Source: Catajapyx aquilonaris
Lineage: Eukaryota
Length of the DNA: 43,470 nt
NCBI GenBank assembly: GCA_000934665.2
Contig: KZ538912.1
Location: 1-43,470, forward strand
Direction: 5' to 3'
Shown here: in pieces, positions 37,601 through 43,470 of the stretch
Position numbering within the stretch: position 1 is the first letter of the stretch
Layout of the letters: each line of letters begins with the position of its first letter
Position numbers and translations under genes: made by a program
Notes under the pieces: generated by a model
What the model saw: the letters and a program-made list of their open reading frames with translations, nothing else
Database searches by the model: none
What the model was told of the DNA's origin: nothing

Positions 37601-38491
37601 TTTGTAAACAGGGGCAACAATCGAAGCACTCTCCATGTGCTGGTGTTTGAATTGGCCCGCCGGACGGGGTTGCCAGGTAATACAGCGCCGTCGCCGACGA
37701 AAAAAAAATTCAGCGACGGCTAATTTGTCCAGCAGTGTACAACCGTACAACCACACAACGAACAAATTTACGACCCTGCCGGGGCGCGTTCTATAACATC
37801 ATTTTTGCGTTCATTTCACTTCGCGTGACGTCAACATTTTTGAGGGAAATGGTGACGTCACCATTTCCCTTCGAAAAAACCCTAATTATTCCGGAACTGA
37901 AACTGATTTCTTAAAACGGAATATGCCAAAAATATCCAAAAAATATGGGCGAATTTTTGTAGTTTCCAAAATGAAGGCTAGTTCCTCATTATATCAAAAT
38001 TCGGTATATATTTGTATTCAGTGAGATACGAATTTATTTCAGAGCGGTGATTTTTGTTTCTATGCAACAACATGCAAATTTCAAAAATTAATATCTCGAA
38101 AACGCAATTTTTAATGGGCAATATTTTTTTTATACCGGTATTTCATAAAGAAAGGACCAGTTCTGTGATAAAATAATATGAAAACCTGCTCTAGATTCTT
38201 GATAAATGAAATACTAATTTATGAAAAGTGTTTGCTCTCATTTAGTGTCTTTCAACATCCTTGCAGGTCTAGAGTCGTAATGAACTATAACAGTAGTGAT
38301 TGACACCCACTGGCTGATCTGAAATGGAACTACCCACATAAGATTGTAGCAACGAATCACTTATATTCATCACTTTATTCCAATTCATGCTTTGACGTTG
38401 ATTTTTTTCCTCCTATTTCCAGAGCCAGCCTAAGGAGAAGATTGTGAAGCCCACGCAAAAGAGTGCGCCTCGTGTCAGTGGAAAGCGCTAA
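34674..38491 (+). CDS. RPL24: 60S ribosomal protein L24 (eL24), 5 coding exons, 156 aa
   Basis: Exons 34674-34678, 34807-34882, 34946-35031, 35449-35683, 38423-38491 (471 nt). Translation [61 protein letters not shown]...[38 protein letters not shown]...[14 protein letters not shown] at ~38520. Confidence 0.97.
35230..35303 (+). ncRNA. Box C/D snoRNA, SNORD110-like (predicted 18S rRNA 2'-O-methylation guide), in RPL24 intron 3
   Basis: Terminal stem CAATGC/GCATTG; C box ATGATGA 35237-35243; D' ATGA 35266-35269; C'-like TTGATTA; D box CTGA 35294-35297. Guide TATCAACCTGTCAATCT is complementary (one mismatch, one G-U) to conserved 18S GGAUUGACAGAUUGAUA, with the same spacing to D' as recalled for human SNORD110 (Um1288). 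Confidence 0.85.
35826..35964 (+). ncRNA. Box H/ACA snoRNA, SNORA8/snR31-like (18S pseudouridylation guide), in RPL24 intron 4
   Basis: Hairpin 1 (GCAC...GTGC), H box ATATGA 35889-35894, hairpin 2 (TGCAGG...CCTGCA), ACA at 35959-35961 plus 3 nt. Pocket 1 guides GGTATCT and TCGTC pair perfectly around 18S GACGA-UC-AGAUACC (human Psi1056, yeast Psi999). Pocket 2 guides CATCGTT and GGTT fit 18S ACCA-UA-AACGAUG (human Psi1081) with one mismatch. Confidence 0.88.
36524..37737. mobile_element. Fold-back MITE / non-autonomous Tc1-mariner-type element with ~580-bp inverted arms
   Basis: 36524-~37102 is the near-perfect reverse complement of ~37152-37737 (ORFs 36552..36884+ and 37381..37629- are mirror images). 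Termini CAGTGCTGGACAAA...TTTGTCCAGCAGTG resemble Tc1 ends and are flanked by TA on both sides (36522-23, 37738-39). No transposase ORF. Confidence 0.85.
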
Positions 38492-39554
38492 GTTGGGGAT
38501 CAGGCTGTGCCGACAGCAAAATAAAATATATTGCCTGGACCTATCGGCATTTTAATTCACATCCCTAGGTCCGATTTAACGAGCTTGTGGAGTTGGGTGA
38601 ACTGTGATTGGCAGTGCGGATTGTGCCCACAGGCTCATTTTGAACTCACAAGTCAGTTCAGACCACTCCTGACCTCATCGGTTGTACGTTATAACCAATT
38701 TTTTTTGCAGTTACTGAGTCTTCAGGGATCATCTCAAAATGATGTGAATTATTATCCTGCTAGCTAGACCTCGCAATGTACAAGAGAAAGGCTGACCTTC
38801 TTTCCTTGACAAGTTTGTTCCATTTCAACCCTTAATACCTTACCTCTCTTTTCTCCATCTGCTGCAACTGCAGACGATACCAGGCAGTGTGTATGGAGCC
38901 AGTGCTTTTTATTGTGGGGCCACTTCGCTTTGGGATGCTACTCATGGGACAAGACTGCAACTACCACAAGCTGTCCAGGACACTCCCTCAGTGTCCCACC
39001 AGGTCTACTAATCAGTTTTACGCTGCTTCACATTAACGCCGGTTTAAAACGATTTTTAACAGGAAAGATTGTTCAAATTTTGAATATAACGAAGCAATCG
39101 GAACATCGCTGCAGTACGTCCAAATGTCGTCCAAATGTCCAAAAAGTCCAAATGGAACCAATCTCCTTTCCGGACATCTTATGCGATTCACTTCATGCCG
39201 CTATGTTGCTGGAGCCAATTACACTGTACTCCCGATTATCCGGGCTAATGGCTGCGTGGGTCTCGCCAGATAATGGGCAAATGGTCCTTCTTTATTCTTG
39301 CCACAGCGAAGATATTTTCCCCAATCTTTCGGCAACCTACCTGTTGGAAAATAAACACGATGCATATTCCACTTACTGATTTCCGCCTCAATGAGTTATG
39401 GTGTTTTTATGGAACGGGCAAATCAGCCTGTTACTTGCCTGTACATGACATGGCAAATGTACTTAGAGAGAAGAAATCGGCTGCGCTTAGAGTATAAATA
39501 AGTGACTAATTTTTTGCCTTCCTACAGGTCACACTAATGTAAATGTTGCAAATG

Positions 39555-39734
39555 TTTCATTATATGTAAAGCATCACATGCCCACATACCAACTAGCATG
39601 ATGTCTCTGTTTACATATTCGTACAAACTAACTTACTATGTTATATATTAAATATATATATATAACATAAATTTTATAACCAGTGTGGGTCTGACAATGT
39701 TATACGAGTGGAGCGGTGGTGCTCCTTGTAGATG
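39555..39734 (-). pseudogene. Degenerate duplicate of the FPPS-like gene 3' end (last codons plus 3'UTR)
   Basis: Collinear blocks shared with 39970-40244: TTTCATTATA; CACATG(C/T)CCACA..CAACT(A/G)GCATGAT..TCTGTTTACAT; AGTGTGGGTCTGACA(A/T)TGTTAT; TTG(T/C)AGATG. Confidence 0.6.
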
Positions 39735-40198
39735 AAAAATTGGAATTGCCCCAGATAGTGTCATCATATAGACTTGTGATGTACAGTATAAAATTAAAGA
39801 TGTAATTAAAAATGACCAGGAATATTTTAATTTTTAATTCATTTTATTTTATTTTATTTACCCCATTGGGCATGATTGCCGTTGGGGGGAGAACAGCTGC
39901 CACGGCAATTACAAGATAGAGGAGAAAAGTTCTCCTGACGACATAAAACCAAATTGTTTTAACATTTGTTTTCATTATACATACCTACGTAAAACCACCA
40001 CATGTCCACACAGCAACTGGCATGATAGATCTGTTTACATGCAAAATATACTGTACCGATACTATACGATATTCTTCACCGCCTCGATCCATTTAGGGTG
40101 GTCAGCGATAGCCAGATACATGCATCTGGCCATTTCATGCAAACTATGGTACTAATAATACACAGTATAATATATAGGCTAGTGTGGGTCTGACATTG

Positions 40199-42110
40199 TT
40201 ATCGCTTCCTGGCAGGATTTCTGTCAAGAAAGTCTTTGCAGATGCGCTGCATGTTCGGATTCTTTAGGCTGGAGATTTCCTCCAGGATCGAGTCCCTGGA
40301 GTTCTCTTCGAACTCCTTGTAAATCTCTAGGAGACCGATGTCCCTGTAGAGGTTCTTCACTCGGGACACGTGCTTGGGGTCCTTGGATCCGTAGTACTCC
40401 TGAAATTATGGGGGTTATTACGAGATTAGGACACTTGCAAAATATAGACTGACAAGTTCTTTCAGATATCACGAAGCATGCAGGGGAAGCAAAGTGCAAC
40501 ATGATTCGCTTGATGTACTAGTACCTCCAGAGTCACCCTCTGATGGTGATCCGCGTGCTTGAGGGCAGTGACCACCAGCCAGGTGCACTTCCCCTCCTCG
40601 ATGTCAGTCCCTCCATTACCCGTGACCTCTGGGTCACCGAAGCAGTCCATGTAGTCCTCCTGGACTTGGAAGAGGTGACCGATCTTAAAGAGGACGCTCT
40701 CCGCTTCCGAGTAAAGATCTTGGTCCTGGATGCCTGCCTGAAAGCAACCATGTGAATGTCAAACTCGGACTGCCTAGAAAGGTAGACGTTTAGGTCAATT
40801 CATTCTACTGTTTCTATTATTGCTATCTCAAAGGATAGCTGTGCAACTAACCATTATCATTGCGATTTTTATGGGCTGAATGAAGAAGTGGTATGAGGTC
40901 TTGTACTTGACTATTGTTGCGTATCTCTCTTCTGTGAACAGGTCAAGCTGGGGATTGCTTCTGGATGAGGTCAGAATGCTCAGGGACTGACCCTTTCCAA
41001 TCTTGAATATTACCTTCAGAAGGACATGGAACATATAATGACACGCGCTTGGCTGACAGAATGTAAAGGTCTGCTTGACCACTGGATGATTTATAGAAAT
41101 AATATTATTATATCTGGATAACAGAACTACCCATTATTCATTTTCCAATGATTCTTACCAATCGAAAGAGAATGAATTCAGATAATTTTATTGTTGTCTT
41201 TGTATAGTATTACCTCGTTGAAAAGTTCGACGCACTTGTTGTAGTAGGTCTGTTCTCGATGGTATTTCCACAGGATGTGGAAGGCGGCCCTTTCCATGAT
41301 CAAGGCGTCATTGAAGGCCTTTGGTCCCAGCTCTTTGGTCAAGTACCAGCAGGGCTGACCTTTTCTGGTCTTCGAACAGTCCATTATGTCGTCAGTCACG
41401 AAACATGCTGCCTGCAACTGTTATTTAAAATATCAGCTAACTTAGAACATTGTTTTCGGAGGATAACATACTAAGTTAGTACTTAACATACGGTACGTGT
41501 TTTATGACAACAGATGGGTCCTGCTGCGTGCCCACTCTATATTATGTAATCAGTGCTACAAAGTGAGGGGAACCGTACCAAAAAATCACGTAGGCCTAAT
41601 TTTTTTTACGTAACCCCTGATTGGACCAGAGGCCCTTATAGGGGGGTGGAATACCACCAAATATTCACGTAATTTTAAAACAATTCATTTGCCTGGTCAT
41701 TGCGAAAGGCGCCAGTTCCGGGAGAATCACCCATAGACGCATTGCACTGAATATTCTATTACTCACCAGCTCGTTGCACCAACCCATCAGATGTGCCAAC
41801 CTGATGTTCTCTTCTGTGAGGTCTTCCTTCTCTGCCAGGCTGGAATAGGCCTCTACCACAATCATGCCTAGGTTCATTTTCCCTCCGAGAAGGTTGTAGT
41901 TCAACACCTGAAACGACAACAGGGTAGCAGTGCAGCATGTATAGGCAAAGAGGCCGGCAGTAATTATTGTGTCCGGACCTTTTTGTACCAGGTGTCGAAT
42001 TCCCGCAAGGCTTTGTCTTCATTTCCAGAGGAGGCCAGGCTCTCAATGACCTCGGAGGAAAGAGCCAAGAAGGCGTCCTTGTCGTAGTTTTCAGCATCAG
42101 CATTTCCCAT
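40199..42110 (-). CDS. Farnesyl diphosphate synthase-family (trans-IDS) protein, divergent; possible IDS-type terpene synthase; 6 exons, 350 aa
   Basis: Exons (minus): 42110-41979, 41907-41767, 41417-41214, 41013-40852, 40737-40525, 40399-40199, all phase 0 with GT..AG introns. Motifs: GGKMNLG, GWCNELLQAACFVTDDIMD (FARM), TRKGQPCWY, AFNDA, GQSL, IVKYKT, FQVQEDYMD (SARM), GTDIEEGKCTW, C-terminal ARKR*. Confidence 0.92.
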
Positions 42111-43470
42111 ATTTATGAGAATTCACGATTGAAACTTCACTAATTCTGCCATGAAAAAACTCGGGTGAAGGGGTGAGCCAGTCTGCCTGGAGCAGAGGTG
42201 CTAGACAAGTATTCTGTATACCACATGCATGTAACAAGTACCGTACAACTTTACAAATAAAGCTGGTTTCCTTTACATGTTATATTTCTTACTAACAGAT
42301 TGAGCTCCCTATGGTGTAATAAATCAATAGGTTAATTCAAACTGATGAGAGCTGAAAACAATACGTCATTCCAATTAGCTGAAATTTTTTGCATGCTTCA
42401 GATTTCTCTGCCAAATTCCTGGGATGCCCGGTGTAGCAATTTCAACCAAATTCAAACCATAAAATTGATCGGTGGATGCACTTGGATACACACTCATAAT
42501 GTAAGTGCGCCTGTATTTAAATGCAAGAAAAGAGAGCTACAAAATGACCTTTGTGAATCTGTCGTTTGTGTCTCCTATCTCATCACTGACTAAAACATGT
42601 TACAGGAAAATATGAAGCTGGTACTAAGGATCTTAGATGCCGTACTTACCGTAGCACAGTGTATAGCCTACGTATACGAGTATGTGACCTGACTCTCTGG
42701 GTAGCCTGAATGAGTGGCAAATTAAAATGTCTATTCTTTATATATGATAGAAATGTTACGAAAAGTATACAAAAGTATTGTATAAGCGCGCGCGTCCTCG
42801 CATTCAATTGTGCAAGAACGAAGCTGTGAGAGTCAAGGCTGAGAAACTAATAATCATCAAGAGAAAGAAATTGCAACATAGCTACACAGTGTAACATTAT
42901 TCTCGCTATCCTTTTTCGTGCCTCTAATTTCTTAGTCGTAGTAACGTATTCAAAATATAGAGCAGTACACTGAAAACTTAGACGCTTGATATTTTAGATT
43001 GACAAGTAAAGTTTGTACAGTAGATGTCAATAAAATCATTAAAATCCATTTGTTACGCAAATGTTACATGATCTTTCTTAATTATTTGCGAAGTGCTAGA
43101 TAAGATTGTGTGTTATACCAACAGGTGGGAATATTTGCACCGTAATTATCCAATAAATTACGCCTTGCGATCTACATGAAAAGTTGTGTGCTCGAACGCC
43201 ATGGAAAAAGTGAGATTTTTGTTGCAAAACTTCTGTTACGCCAATTGTTACAAGGGTAAGATGATACTTGCTTTTTGAATTAAAAATATTCTGAAAATGG
43301 CAGCACGAATCAGACTGCCGTCAGTGAACACGCAGCTGGTATTACCGCGCGGTTCTGATAAGTTTGACTTGATCTACACTCTTAGTCCGGTCACCTTTAA
43401 TATCCCCTTTAGAGTTGTTTTAAAGGTGATCCGTAATGCGGCAGTAGGGAATTATAGGTGATTCGTTGAA

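Noticed and set aside
36552..37629. Pair of near-identical ORFs on opposite strands
   Set aside because: Mirror images from the MITE arms; no transposase motifs.
38243..38341. Possible third snoRNA near the end of RPL24 intron 4 (ATAACA H-like box, ACA, CTGA)
   Set aside because: Hairpins are weak and short, there is no canonical C box, and no convincing bipartite rRNA guide.
38912..39379. 155-aa plus-strand ORF
   Set aside because: Non-ATG start, no recognisable domain, and it lies in the intergenic region between convergent genes.

Overview
Eukaryotic, most likely arthropod, draft genomic scaffold: spliceosomal introns, (TTAGG)n-type repeats, an arthropod-like RPL24, and N gaps next to poly-C/G runs. 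The last ~14 kb is gene-dense. It holds an 11-exon CEP97 (minus strand, with a U12-type minor intron) head-to-head with a 5-exon RPL24 (plus strand, one GC-AG intron). RPL24 introns host a SNORD110-like C/D snoRNA, a SNORA8/snR31-like H/ACA snoRNA and a 1.2-kb fold-back Tc1/mariner-type MITE. Next is an intact 6-exon FPPS-family gene (minus strand) in which many normally invariant IPP-binding and chain-length residues are substituted, the pattern known from isoprenyl-diphosphate-synthase-derived terpene synthases; this is the strongest novelty candidate. The first ~29 kb has no long credible ORF. It is rich in TAATTA motifs, micro/minisatellites and TE remnants, and contains two small candidate exons (one encoding a PIDLS CtBP-binding motif) followed by a 3'UTR-like tract, possibly the 3' end of an unidentified transcription-regulator gene. 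Exon structures were read by eye from splice signals and frame continuity; no database searches were run.
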